From Octopus bimaculoides (lineage: Eukaryota), in NCBI RefSeq assembly GCF_001194135.2, contig NC_069004.1, forward strand, positions 24,149,429 through 24,187,226: a stretch of 37,798 nt of DNA, written 5' to 3'. The number at the start of each line of letters is the position of its first letter. Position 1 is the stretch's first letter. This document shows positions 1 to 12,246 of this stretch, one piece after another. A program made the position numbers and the translations under genes. The notes below the pieces were generated by a model. That model ran no database searches. It worked only from the letters and a program-made list of their open reading frames with translations, and was not told where the DNA came from.

Positions 1-43
<43 letters not shown>

Positions 44-337
44 CACGCACATACATAAATACATACATACATACACATAGTACATACATTCATACATGTG
101 CATGCTTACATACACATAGTACATACATGCATATATACATGTATACATAGTAACATATATACACAGAAGTCCATACATATATACATACATGTAAATATAT
201 ATATTAAAGACCTATATGTTATGTATAATCGTATATATACTTTTGGTTTTAATAAATGGGAGATATGCAACTCATTTGCATTTTATATTGGTTAACGAGC
301 TACAGTGATTATAGGGCCAAGAGTTTCGAATTACCGA

Positions 338-407
<70 letters not shown>

Positions 408-460
408 ATATATGTGTGTGTGTATATGTGTGTGTGTACACAGACATATATATATGTATG
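1..460. repeat. Compound (TA)n/(TACA)n/(TG)n microsatellite region
   Basis: Direct reading; the ORFs here are YI/CV/HT dipeptide runs. Confidence 0.9.
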
Positions 461-498
461 AAGATGACGTATGAGCCTTCAGCTTTTGCTGAACGGTC

Positions 499-670
499 TT
501 TACTCTTTTACTTGTTTCAGTCATTTGACTGCGGCCATGCTGGAGCACCGCCTTTTAGTCGAGCAAATCGACCTCAGGACTTATTCTTTGTAAGCCTAGT
601 ACTTATTCTATCGGTCTCTTTTGCCAAACCGCTAAGTTACGGGGACGTAAACACACCAGCATCGGTTGTC
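499..670 (-). mobile_element. SINE family A (Octopus-type tRNA-SINE), 3' half, runs into gap
   Basis: Near-exact reverse complement of the 3' half of the full copy at 8035-8447 (gcatggccgcagtcaaatgactgaaacaagtaaaagag). Confidence 0.93.
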
Positions 671-1539
671 NNNNNNNNNNNNNNNNNNNNNNNNNNNNNN
701 NNNNNNNNNNNNNNNNNNNNNNNNNNNNNNNNNNNNNNNNNNNNNNNNNNNNNNNNNNNNNNNNNNNNNNNNNNNNNNNNNNNNNNNNNNNNNNNNNNNN
801 NNNNNNNNNNNNNNNNNNNNNNNNNNNNNNNNNNNNNNNNNNNNNNNNNNNNNNNNNNNNNNNNNNNNNNNNNNNNNNNNNNNNNNNNNNNNNNNNNNNN
901 NNNNNNNNNNNNNNNNNNNNNNNNNNNNNNNNNNNNNNNNNNNNNNNNNNNNNNNNNNNNNNNNNNNNNNNNNNNNNNNNNNNNNNNNNNNNNNNNNNNN
1001 NNNNNNNNNNNNNNNNNNNNNNNNNNNNNNNNNNNNNNNNNNNNNNNNNNNNNNNNNNNNNNNNNNNNNNNNNNNNNNNNNNNNNNNNNNNNNNNNNNNN
1101 NNNNNNNNNNNNNNNNNNNNNNNNNNNNNNNNNNNNNNNNNNNNNNNNNNNNNNNNNNNNNNNNNNNNNNNNNNNNNNNNNNNNNNNNNNNNNNNNNNNN
1201 NNNNNNNNNNNNNNNNNNNNNNNNNNNNNNNNNNNNNNNNNNNNNNNNNNNNNNNNNNNNNNNNNNNNNNNNNNNNNNNNNNNNNNNNNNNNNNNNNNNN
1301 NNNNNNNNNNNNNNNNNNNNNNNNNNNNNNNNNNNNNNNNNNNNNNNNNNNNNNNNNNNNNNNNNNNNNNNNNNNNNNNNNNNNNNNNNNNNNNNNNNNN
1401 NNNNNNNNNNNNNNNNNNNNNNNNNNNNNNNNNNNNNNNNNNNNNNNNNNNNNNNNNNNNNNNNNNNNNNNNNNNNNNNNNNNNNNNNNNNNNNNNTATA
1501 TGATGAACTCTCTTGTAGAAGACGACGTATGAGTGTTCA

Positions 1540-1789
1540 ACATTTGCTGAACGACCTGCACAAATGGTTTGTTTATTGTGATCAAATGTTCGTGCTGTAC
1601 ATCAGCTCACTCCCTGAAATCGACGTTGCCTGAACAGGTGCAAGGTGTACCACGCGTCAGGTGTTAAAATGAATGCAGAGCAAGTGAGATGAAGTGTTTT
1701 GCTCAAGAACACACTATCTGATCTTGGAATTGAAACCATAATCTCGCTATGGTGCGTGTAACACTCTAATCACTAGGCCATGCGTCTTC
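1540..1789 (-). mobile_element. SINE family C, tRNA-derived head plus body
   Basis: The reverse strand reads gaagacgca-TGGCCTAGTGATT (A-box-like) ... GGTTTCAATTCC (B-box-like), then ttcttgagcaaaacacttcat. Single copy in the window. Confidence 0.6.
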
Positions 1790-1974
1790 TTACACGCAAA
1801 CACGCGCGTACGCACACACACGTATGCATACACATACAGGATCTTCCGCGTTACGGCTAACTCAGGTTACAGGTTTCGCCCTTACAGAAATTGTGAAGTA
1901 TGACTATTAATTTCGAGATACCGTCAGTAATTTTGCTTTTACGGAAACGCAGGGAGCGTAATTGTAAATTGGTC

Positions 1975-2129
1975 TGTGGTTGTGTGGTAAGAAGTTTGAT
2001 TGGCAACCACATGGTTCCGGGTTCAGTCATACGGCGTGATACCTTGGGCAAGTGGCTTCAACTATAGTCATGAACCAACTAACGCTTTGTAAGTGGATTT
2101 AGTAGACGGAAACTGAAAGAAGCCCGTAG

Positions 2130-2164
<35 letters not shown>

Positions 2165-2541
2165 TAGAAAGATAAATTTTATTCAACGCATAGACACTGA
2201 ATAGTATAGATATAAAGGATAAAATCCTTTTTTTTTCATCCTTTATATCTATACTGTTCAGTATCTATGCGTTGAATANNNNNNNNNNNNNNNNNNNNNN
2301 NNNNNNNNNNNNNNNNNNNNNNNNNNNNNNNNNNNNNNNNNNNNNNNNNNNNNNNNNNNNNNNNNNNNNNNNNNNNNNNNNNNNNNNNNNNNNNNNNNNN
2401 NNNNNNNNNNNNNNNNNNNNNNNNNNNNNNNNNNNNNNNNNNNNNNNNNNNNNNNNNNNNNNNNNNNNNNNNNNNNNNNNNNNNNNNNNNNNNNNNNNNN
2501 NNNNNNNNNNNNNNNNNNNNNNNNNNNNNNNNNNNNNNNNN

Positions 2542-2575
<34 letters not shown>

Positions 2576-2790
2576 TGTCTGTCTGTCTGTTTGTTTGTCC
2601 CGCACCACCGCTTGACAACCGACATTGGTGTGTTTATGCCCCCGCAATTTGGCGGTTCGGCAAAAGGCGCCGATAGAATAAGCACCAGGCTTACAAAAGT
2701 ACAAGTAGTGGAGTCGTTTCGTTCGACTAAAAACTTCTTCAAAGCGGTGCTCCAGCATGGCAGCATCTAATGTCTGAAACAAGTAAAAGA
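1975..2790 (+). mobile_element. SINE family A: head (1975-2130) and tail (2560-2790) separated by a TA run, a hairpin insert and a gap
   Basis: Head ggttccgggttcagtc...ccttgggcaagtg...gacggaaactgaaagaagcccgt; tail cgcttgacaaccga...gcggtgctccagcatgg. Both match 8035-8447. Confidence 0.85.
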
Positions 2791-3670
2791 ATAACTGAAA
2801 TTAAGAGTACACTTTCCGCTTAGCTTAATGGCCACTTGCTTTTTAGTGAAGATCAAAGTATAAAGTTATCGATTTGAAAAACTATCTTCACGTTACGCTC
2901 ATGCATGCACCCACATGCTCACATGTATATATATATAATGTACATAACGTGGGTACACATATATGAATGCATATGCATGCATGTATGTATGTATGTATGT
3001 ATGTATGTATGTATGTATGTATGTATGTACGTACGTATGTATGTATGTGTGTGTGTGTATGTATGTATGTATGTATTATTTTGTGTATGAGCGCAAGGGT
3101 ATTTCTATCATTAGCACTAACACAACTAAGATGAGCAAATCCATTTCAAGTGAAAACATATAATTGTGGTATCCTAGTGTATTTTGAAATTTGAATGGGA
3201 ATGTCTTTGATCTGAGGTCTATGGAGACTGATTTGAGACTAACCAGCCACAACAATAGAATTGGCAAGAACAATATAACCACCACAACACCAACAATATC
3301 TACTCACCATCATTAACATCTAAATCGATGCAACCTACACCATCACCAGCAGCAAACTCACTTTTGAATCGAACTGACTACAACATATATCAGAATGTAC
3401 GCCTCCAGATTTGTGTATGTGTGTGTGTGTGTGTTCATGTTTTAAATCAGAAGTGAGAGGGACGAACTGCTTATAAAATTTGGGGAACCTTCAGCTAACT
3501 GTAAACGTATAGCACTCGCTCTTCATTTTTACTTCCATAAGACCTTTCCTGGGCCAATTATTTTTTACAACATGTTTGCTGTGGATAATTAATCGCCACT
3601 GCTGTGGGTTTTACCGTCAATTAATTTTGTCTGGAACAAGGCTATCAAGTAGAACTGAAGGTAGTAGTGC

Positions 3671-4822
3671 AAAAAGGAACCGTAAAGGGATTACGCTGGA
3701 TATTAAACTTGAGGCTTTAAAAAGACTTGATGCAGGAGAAAAAATAAAGTTATATTGCCAAAACGTTGAATCTTGCAACGACTACAATAGGAACAATACG
3801 TGACAACAAAGGAAAAAATTATGTCAAGTGCTCAATAAGCTACTCCGTTAACTGCTCGGACCTTATTTTTCCATAGATTTAATATAATGCTTAAAATGGA
3901 AAAACTCTTTCGTGTAATGCGCCGATAAACACGATGATAATTAAGGAAAAAGCCAGAAGTTTATACGACAATTTAAAAAAAAAACGGAAGGTAAAACTTC
4001 TAATGAAAAATCCTGTTTGGTTAAAAAAAAATGGCTAGTTTGAAAGAGTAAAGAAACACATGATTTAAGAAGGCATGGATGACTAAGAGCCTTTTCAAAG
4101 AGTGGTTTAGGAACGTTTCTTGTCCAATCATAGAAAGGTACAGTCCCATACATAATATTTCCAACAAAGCATTGCTTCTTTTAGGCAATGCATCGAACCA
4201 CCCAACCTGCTTAGATTACCTTTCCGACAATGTGAGCACAGAATATATCCCCAAGAATGCAACTTCATTGCTCCATCAAAGAATCAAAGTATGATAGCTA
4301 ACTTCAAGGCATATTAGATGAGAACAACTTATGAAAGCAACAAACAGGGAGGATAAACTTACAGAGATTTCTTGGAGAAATTCAACATAATGGATAGTGT
4401 GGATGATTTTGCTGAGCCATAGGATGAAGTGAGACTTTCCTCTTTGGGAAAGTATACAGCCAGAAAATCTACATCAAATTTGGAAAGCTCTTGTGATATT
4501 TGCAAAGAATAATGTGACTGAGTTGCTAGTGTCCCAGACAAAAAGTTTATCTAACGCGGAGCTGACACTGGTAGAAAAAGAACAAGCTGAGAATATAGAT
4601 GAGACAACAGAAGTTCCACCTATACCACTTAAATTGACAACAAAGATTATTCTTAAAGGGTTGGCACTTATAGAAGAAGGCCTGCAGGATTTTGCTGATA
4701 ATGACAGTAATCGCGAACATAACATAAAAATTAAAAGAGTTTAAAATGAGTTCAGTTCCTACAGTGGGCTGTAAAAAGAGGTGATGCGTCATAAAAAAAG
4801 TGCAACTTTCGATAAATTCTTC
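3671..4822 (+). pseudogene. Decayed Tigger/pogo-like (CENP-B-related) DDE transposase with frameshifts, stops and an internal deletion
   Basis: N-terminal HTH: KRNRKGITLDIKLEALKRLDAGEK, then frameshifted AKTLNLATTTIGTIRDNK. DDE region: KAWMTKSLFKEWF...KALLLLGNASNHP...YIPKNATSLL. C-terminus: KGLALIEEGLQDF and TFDKFF. All are collinear with Tigger1-type transposase motifs (KAWMT, LLLIDNAPGHP, PANTTSILQP, TSLDRFF). Confidence 0.88.
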
Positions 4823-5278
4823 ACCCTTGAAGCTGATGTTGGTGATAATAAAATATAAGATAGCAAGTATTGTCCCTCGTCCTCCTAGTNNNNNNNNNNN
4901 NNNNNNNNNNNNNNNNNNNNNNNNNNNNNNNNNNNNNNNNNNNNNNNNNNNNNNNNNNNNNNNNNNNNNNNNNNNNNNNNNNNNNNNNNNNNNNNNNNNN
5001 NNNNNNNNNNNNNNNNNNNNNNNNNNNNNNNNNNNNNNNNNNNNNNNNNNNNNNNNNNNNNNNNNNNNNNNNNNNNNNNNNNNNNNNNNNNNNNNNNNNN
5101 NNNNNNNNNNNNNNNNNNNNNNNNNNNNNNNNNNNNNNNNNNNNNNNNNNNNNNNNNNNNNNNNNNNNNNNNNNNNNNNNNNNNNNNNNNNNNNNNNNNN
5201 NNNNNNNNNNNNNNNNNNNNNNNNNNNNNNNNNNNNNNNNNNNNNNNNNNNNNNNNNNNNNNATATATATATATATAT

Positions 5279-5335
<57 letters not shown>

Positions 5336-5854
5336 CATGTATATATTTGTGTATATAAAATATTAAAATTAAGAATTTGTTTCTATTGGAAGTAATGTAC
5401 AAAATTTTATTGACAAAATCAGGAAATATTTTGTATGGAATGCAGAATGAAAGAGCATTTTTTTGTCTTGGTAATGAGGAATATGGTGATGTATTTATAT
5501 TTAAAATTAAACGGTGTTTCATTGACTGCGGTAGTTTGTCCATAGTGAAATGCAGACGACTGTTACAGGATGTTTTTAGATTTTAAAGACCCATTGAGGG
5601 ACATTTGTCCACCAATTGCATGGATAATTTCGGTTGAGAGGAGCTTCATTCATTTTACTATATTATATTTTTCAAAGATGCCTTTTATATTATTATTTAA
5701 TATGCACAACGCTCATCTGAGATATTTTCTGTCAGCCATGTTTTTTTTTTAATATTCAGTAAAACATATAAATAATTATTGAAATATATTAAAAAAATGT
5801 ATAAACGTAAAACAAAAACTAAACAAAAAAATTAATTTTGCCATTTATTTGTCG

Positions 5855-6125
5855 TCATCATCATCATGAGTCGTTGTCGGCATCTTCGTCGTTATAATCA
5901 TCGTCATCGTCATCACGACGACGACCACCACGACCACCACCACGACCACCACCACGACCACCACGACCACCGCCACCACTGCCACCACCGCCACCACCAC
6001 CACTATCATCATCATTATCATCATAGTCATCAACGTTGTCGTCATTACCATCAGCCCTGTTGTCATCACCGTCATCATTACCGCTACAACCAGAGCCACC
6101 ATCACCATCACCATCATCACAACAT
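5855..6125. repeat. Compound (CAT)n/(CAC)n/(GAC) trinucleotide repeat
   Basis: Direct reading; produces the His-, Val- and Gly/Asp-rich pseudo-ORFs. Confidence 0.9.
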
Positions 6126-6189
6126 TCGAGTAACCCCCACCCATCCAAACTACTTTTCTCGTGGACAGATCAGAAACTATTATTTTTTC

Positions 6190-6380
6190 TAGCACGCCGG
6201 ACAAAATACTTAGCGGCATTTCGTCCGTCTTTATGATCTGGGTTCAAATTCCAACGAAATCGACTACGAATTTCATCCTTTCGAGGTCGATAAAATAAGT
6301 CCCAGTTGAAGGCTAGAGTTGATATAATCGACCGCACCACACAGAAGCTGCTGGCTCTGTGCCAAAATTTGAAACCATTA
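6190..6380 (+). mobile_element. SINE family B (tRNA-derived, (ATT)n tail)
   Basis: agcacgccggacaaaatacttagcggcatttcgtcc...gggttcaaattcc (B-box)...tttcatcctttcgaggtcgataaaataagt...gtgccaaaatttgaaacc followed by (att)n. Homologous pieces occur elsewhere in the window. Confidence 0.8.
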
Positions 6381-7186
6381 TTATTATTACTATTATTATT
6401 ATTATTATTATTCAGTAGTTTTATTTTTATAACGTGCTTTCACTTCACTACCGAGCGCGCAGCTCTGTGCGCCTTGGGTATGTGCTGTGGTTTGCTGTGG
6501 TGCTCTTATGTTTACTGTATTGAAAGTGTTTTGCGTAGAATGTGTGCAGTACCCAGTAGTGCAATTTTCTGTATGTTATATATATTNNNNNNNNNNNNNN
6601 NNNNNNNNNNNNNNNNNNNNNNNNNNNNNNNNNNNNNNNNNNNNNNNNNNNNNNNNNNNNNNNNNNNNNNNNNNNNNNNNNNNNNNNNNNNNNNNNNNNN
6701 NNNNNNNNNNNNNNNNNNNNNNNNNNNNNNNNNNNNNNNNNNNNNNNNNNNNNNNNNNNNNNNNNNNNNNNNNNNNNNNNNNNNNNNNNNNNNNNNNNNN
6801 NNNNNNNNNNNNNNNNNNNNNNNNNNNNNNNNNNNNNNNNNNNNNNNNNNNNNNNNNNNNNNNNNNNNNNNNNNNNNNNNNNNNNNNNNNNNNNNNNNNN
6901 NNNNNNNNNNNNNNNNNNNNNNNNNNNNNNNNNNNNNNNNNNNNNNNNNNNNNNNNNNNNNNNNNNNNNNNNNNNNNNNNNNNNNNNNNNNNNNNNNNNN
7001 NNNNNNNNNNNNNNNNNNNNNNNNNNNNNNNNNNNNNNNNNNNNNNNNNNNNNNNNNNNNNNNNNNNNNNNNNNNNNNNNNNNNNNNNNNNNNNNNNNNN
7101 NNNNNNNNNNNNNNNNNNNNNNNNNNNNNNNNNNNNNNNNNNNNNNNNNNNNNNNNNNNNNNNNNNNNNNNNNNNNNNNNNNNNNN

Positions 7187-7278
7187 ACCAGTGAAACACT
7201 GGGGTCGATGTAATCGACTAGTCCCCTCCCCCAAAATTTCAGGCCTTGTTCCTTTAGTAGAAAGGATTATTATTATTA
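7187..7278 (+). mobile_element. SINE family B, 3' part emerging from gap
   Basis: accagtgaaacactggggtcgatgtaatcgact...ggccttgttcctttagtagaaagg followed by (att)n. Confidence 0.75.
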
Positions 7279-7403
7279 TTAACAGGAGGGTTCTAAGCAC
7301 TTAAAAGTCTGTTGAAAACTTGTGGATACCTAAGTTTACAGGAAGTGACCCGTTGTCCACATAATTCCTACCAAGAATAAGATCGGACCTGAGCCAAACC
7401 GAA

Positions 7404-7404
<1 letters not shown>

Positions 7405-7465
<61 letters not shown>

Positions 7466-7483
7466 CAGAATAATAATAATAAT
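7405..7483. repeat. (AAT)n microsatellite
   Basis: Direct reading. Confidence 0.95.
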
Positions 7484-7688
7484 GACTTCAAATTTTAGAA
7501 CAAGGCTAGCAATTTAGTGGGAGGGACTAAGTGTTCAACAGGTATATATTTTATATATTTTATCGACCCAGAAAGGGATGAAAGGCAAATTTAGCCTGGG
7601 AGCAATCTGAGCTCAGAATGTGAAGACGGACGAAATGTCGCTAAGCAATTTACCCGGCGTGTTGATGATTCTACCAGCTTTCAACCTT
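7484..7688 (-). mobile_element. SINE family B, diverged near-full copy
   Basis: Reverse complement of 6190-6380 (tttatcgacccagaaagggatgaaaggc; gacggacgaaatgtcgctaagca). Confidence 0.78.
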
Positions 7689-8034
7689 AAATAATAATAA
7701 TAATAATAATAATAACGTTATCATTTCAAATAGTGACACTGTTTTCCATGTATTTCTGTAAATATACTTACAAGTACTTAGTCTTGGCAACTGGGTAGTC
7801 TATGTTTTACTGAGAAGTTCTTAAAAGACAGAAGCATGTTCGTTACTTCCATAAGCTTAGCTTTAAAGACAAGATTCAATGTGTTTTGTCAGCAACTGCC
7901 GAAATTTAAATAAACAAATCATAAAATTTGAACAACTCTATAGGAAGGTTTGTCGTAACCGATTTTTCCAACGCATGATATTATATATGGAAGAATATTT
8001 AGTATGGGGAACCCTTTAACTCGATATATATATA

Positions 8035-8447
8035 GGCGCATGAGTGGCTGTGTGGTAAGTAGCTTGCTTACCAACCACATGGTTCCGGGTTCAGTCCCAC
8101 TGCGTAGCACCTTGGGCAAGTGTCTTCTACTATAGCCTCGGGCCGACCAAAGACTTGTGAGTGGATTTGGAAGACGGAAACTGAAAGAAGCCTGTCGTAT
8201 ATATGTATGTATATATATATGTATGTGTGGTTGTGTGTCTGTGTTTGTCCCCACACCATCGCTTGACAAGCGATGCTGGTGTGTTTACGTCCCCATAACT
8301 TAGCGGTTCGGCAAAAAGAGACCGATAGAATAAGTACTCGGCTTACAAAGAATAAGTCCTGGGGTAGATTTTCTCGACTAAAGGCGGTGCTCCAGCATGG
8401 CCGCAGTCAAATGACTGAAGCAAGTAAAAGAGTAAAGAGTAAAGAGT
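8035..8447 (+). mobile_element. SINE family A, full-length young copy
   Basis: A-box-like TGGCTGTGTGG, B-box-like GGTTCAGTCCC, ccttgggcaagtg core, internal (TA)/(TG) tract and (aaagagt)n tail. Closely matches the inverted copy at 28468-28886. Confidence 0.95.
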
Positions 8448-8449
8448 AT

Positions 8450-8459
8450 ATATATATTT

Positions 8460-8502
<43 letters not shown>

Positions 8503-8780
8503 CATACATACATACATATATATACATATATATATATATAGAGATATATCATACACGCGCAGGCACGTAGATACATACCACCCACTCTTACGCGGCGTAG
8601 TTTCCCTTAACGGTATATATATAGCTACATCCATGCAGCCATCCATCCATCTCTTTTGTCTGCCTGTTTGTCTCTCTCTCTCTCTCTCTCTCCCTCTCTC
8701 CCTCCACCCACTCCCTTCACCCGTTTCTTTCTCTCCCTCTCTCTCTCTTTCTCTCTCTCTACACACACACACATATGCAC
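8450..8780. repeat. (TA)n/(TACA)n and (TC)n simple repeats
   Basis: Direct reading. Confidence 0.85.
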
Positions 8781-9473
8781 ATACATTCAATATGTAAGTA
8801 AAAGAAAATTCAATTCAGGATGGTATTAGTATGTTGAAATATTGAATAGAAATATATTGTAATAAAAGTGTGTGAAAGTAAGGGTAGTTTTTTCGTATAA
8901 AATACTTTTGATAAAAATCCGCACCCACGCACCCAGACATCTTAATTTTATATATATCGATCACACATACATACATACATACATACATACACACATACAT
9001 ACATGCGTACGTATATACATACATACATTCATACATACATACATAGGTATATATATAAATATATATATANNNNNNNNNNNNNNNNNNNNNNNNNNNNNNN
9101 NNNNNNNNNNNNNNNNNNNNNNNNNNNNNNNNNNNNNNNNNNNNNNNNNNNNNNNNNNNNNNNNNNNNNNNNNNNNNNNNNNNNNNNNNNNNNNNNNNNN
9201 NNNNNNNNNNNNNNNNNNNNNNNNNNNNNNNNNNNNNNNNNNNNNNNNNNNNNNNNNNNNNNNNNNNNNNNNNNNNNNNNNNNNNNNNNNNNNNNNNNNN
9301 NNNNNNNNNNNNNNNNNNNNNNNNNNNNNNNNNNNNNNNNNNNNNNNNNNNNNNNNNNNNNNNNNNNNNNNNNNNNNNNNNNNNNNNNNNNNNNNNNNNN
9401 NNNNNNNNNNNNNNNNNNNNNNNNNNNNNNNNNNNNNNNNNNNNNNNNNNNNNNNNNNNNNNNNNNNNNNNNN

Positions 9474-9506
<33 letters not shown>

Positions 9507-9704
9507 ATGCATATATTTATGTATGTATGTGTGTGTACGTATATATATATATATATATACGTACACACTACTATATATACGTATTTATATATATATATAT
9601 ATATACATATATATATTGATTTTTCAATTTTGGCGTTAGACCAGGCCGTTTAAAAGTCGAGAGCAGACAGCTGCGGTCAATAAGCATTGAACGAACCTAC
9701 TGCT

Positions 9705-9785
9705 TTGCATTATTGAATTAGATTGACCCAGGCAGAATGAAAAAAAATGCGATGTCGACATCGGCAGAATTTGAATGCGAAACTC
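9705..9785 (-). mobile_element. SINE family B, degraded fragment
   Basis: attgacccaggcagaatgaaa...gtcgacatcggcagaatttgaa resembles the reverse complement of the family B centre. Confidence 0.5.
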
Positions 9786-9829
9786 ATAACGTTTACTTCG
9801 ATAATCTTGACGTAGACATAGGCTAGACC

Positions 9830-10345
9830 GCTGCGTAGTTAAAGATACCTATTTACAGAGTTTTAAGTTCAATCCCACTGCTCATGGTACCTTGGGGAAG
9901 TGTATTTTACTAATTAATACCCCGTGCTAGCCAATGAGTTTTCTTGTGAGCAAATTTCGTTGACGGAAACTGTTAGATCTCTTAAGCTCACTGCTAGTTT
10001 TTATTGCGCACGCAACCGTGTGCTGTCATCTGTTGCCGCGCAACAGAACTACTCCGGGAACCTTCTGATGCCACCTTGTCTGTCTGTCTGTATGTATGTA
10101 TGTATGTGTGTGTTTGTATAGTATGTGTTTGTGTGTGTGCGCGTCGTTGCGTTTGTGTTTGTTTCTTTCAAACATGTGACAACCGGTGTTGGTTTGTATA
10201 CATCTCCATAACATAGCACTTCAGCAAAAAAGGAGCGATAGGAATAGTATCTGACATAAAAAGAATAATATGTTCGAGTAAAAAAAAACCTTTCAACCAG
10301 TGCCCCAGCATGGCCGCAGTCCAATGACTAATGCAAATAAAAGGT
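9830..10345 (+). mobile_element. SINE family A, degraded head and tail
   Basis: gttcaatcccactg...ccttggggaagtgtatt...gacggaaactg; tail tgacaaccggtgttgg...gtgccccagcatggccgcagtccaatgact. Confidence 0.75.
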
Positions 10346-10618
10346 TGTACAGTAATGCATATGAAGATGAACAATATATTAGACTTAGGAAAAAATGTCT
10401 CTACAATGGCGATGGTACCGTTATAAAAAACATATACAAATGCAACATGGGTTCAGATAGGTAATAAAGCGAGTTAAAAATCATACAAACTTTTCCTTCA
10501 ATTAATAGACAAAATCTCCCTCTGGACTGTTTAAAAATAAAATACAACAAATAGGGGAAATAACTTCAATAAAAATCTGCAAATGAAAAGAGTCGGAAAA
10601 AAAAAATAAAAGAACGAT

Positions 10619-10873
10619 TCAAATTGGAATGAATTTTGTCTTTATAAACAACTAATATGAAAAATGGATATCTTTCGGTAATATTAAAACTAACTCGCAA
10701 AGTTTTCAAATTGGAGAACATTTTGTGTCTATAAACAACTGATGTATTAAAAAATGCACGTTTCGGTCTTATTAACTTTCATCTGCAGAGTTTTCAAATT
10801 AGAGTGACCTTTGTCTTTATAAACAGCTGATAAAAAAAAAATCGGACATGCTTCGGTCTTATTAAACCTCATC
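10619..10873. repeat. Three diverged tandem units of 87-88 bp
   Basis: tcaaatt(g/a)ga...tttgt...tataaaca(a/g)ct...ttcggt...tattaa recurs at 10619, 10706 and 10794. Confidence 0.85.
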
Positions 10874-11326
10874 GACACAGTGTTTTTGCTTTTCTTAATC
10901 TCGCTTGGTTAATCTTTCTTCGAATTTTGGAAACTTAACTGTATCACATACGTTCACACATGTAAGACTCTCGTCACTGTAAATGAATTTACGATGTAGT
11001 AATCGCCAATGAGTTGTCTTCCCTTAACCATAGCGTTGGCATAAAACTGTGTATGAACAGATGTGTCGGACACATCTGGCGTGCCAATGACTCTATGGCG
11101 GTGCTGTTGATGTTGTCTTAAGCCGTACGTGATCGAAAATGAATATTATTAAAGGCGTGCCAAAGGTGACCGTCCAGTATTTTCTAAGCACACTATAACA
11201 TTGTGTATTCAATGTTCCCTGCTTCCTTTTTTTTAGTTGAAGGAATTGATTTTTGGTGGTGACTTGATTGCTCTGTCAACGATTGCAGGGAGAGATTTTA
11301 TAGTTTGCTTTATGATGCTGCTGCGA

Positions 11327-11327
11327 C

Positions 11328-11391
<64 letters not shown>

Positions 11392-11576
11392 GGTGGTGGT
11401 GGTGGTGATGATGATGATGATGATGAAGATGACGACGGCGATGGTGATGATGATGATGATGATGATAGCGATGGTTATGATAATACTATTGATGAGGATG
11501 ATTGATGATGGTGATGACGACAACAAAGACAATAACACCGATGAAGAGGATAACGACCATATCACCGCTGCTGAAT

Positions 11577-11629
<53 letters not shown>

Positions 11630-11660
11630 GATGATGATGGTGATGGTGATGATGGTGATG

Positions 11661-11711
<51 letters not shown>

Positions 11712-11750
11712 GTGATGGGGAGGCTGACGGTGATGATTATGACGAACGAT
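11327..11750. repeat. (GAT)n/(GGT)n trinucleotide repeat block
   Basis: Direct reading; source of the poly-M/D/H/I pseudo-ORFs. Confidence 0.95.
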
Positions 11751-12064
11751 TTCGCGCCAAATACAATGGTCAGAGCAGAAGACACGCTCCACTGAACATC
11801 AGTGACTTTATTCTACAAACTTCCACCTGAGAGACGAGATATGTGCAGGGCGTGAATTAATGTCATTATCCAACGGGAAGAGATTTTTTTCTTAGTTTTT
11901 GAGGATTTTTTGTCAATAACAACAGCAACAGCTGCAGCAGTAGCAGCAACAACAACAATGAAGGTGGCAACAAAAGCAACACCAACGACAACACCAACAG
12001 TAACAACATCATCATCAACAACAACAACAACAACAACAACAACAGCAACAGCACTAATGTTATA

Positions 12065-12200
12065 GACGCAGGCGTGGCTGTGGGGTAAGAAGTTTGCTTC
12101 CCAACCACATAGTTCCGGGTTCAGTCTCACTGTGTGCTTCGTCTTCTGACCAAAGCCTTGTGAGTGGATCTGGTTGATAGAAAGTGAAAGAAACCCGTCG

Positions 12201-12246
<46 letters not shown>

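Noticed and set aside
1836-1966. Small Tigger-like MITE (TA-caggatcttccgcgttacg...)
   Set aside because: The left end looks TIR-like, but the right-hand inverted match is too poor to support a call.
8035-8115. tRNA gene
   Set aside because: A/B-box-like motifs are present, but there is no complete cloverleaf and the sequence continues into a SINE body repeated about 15 times.
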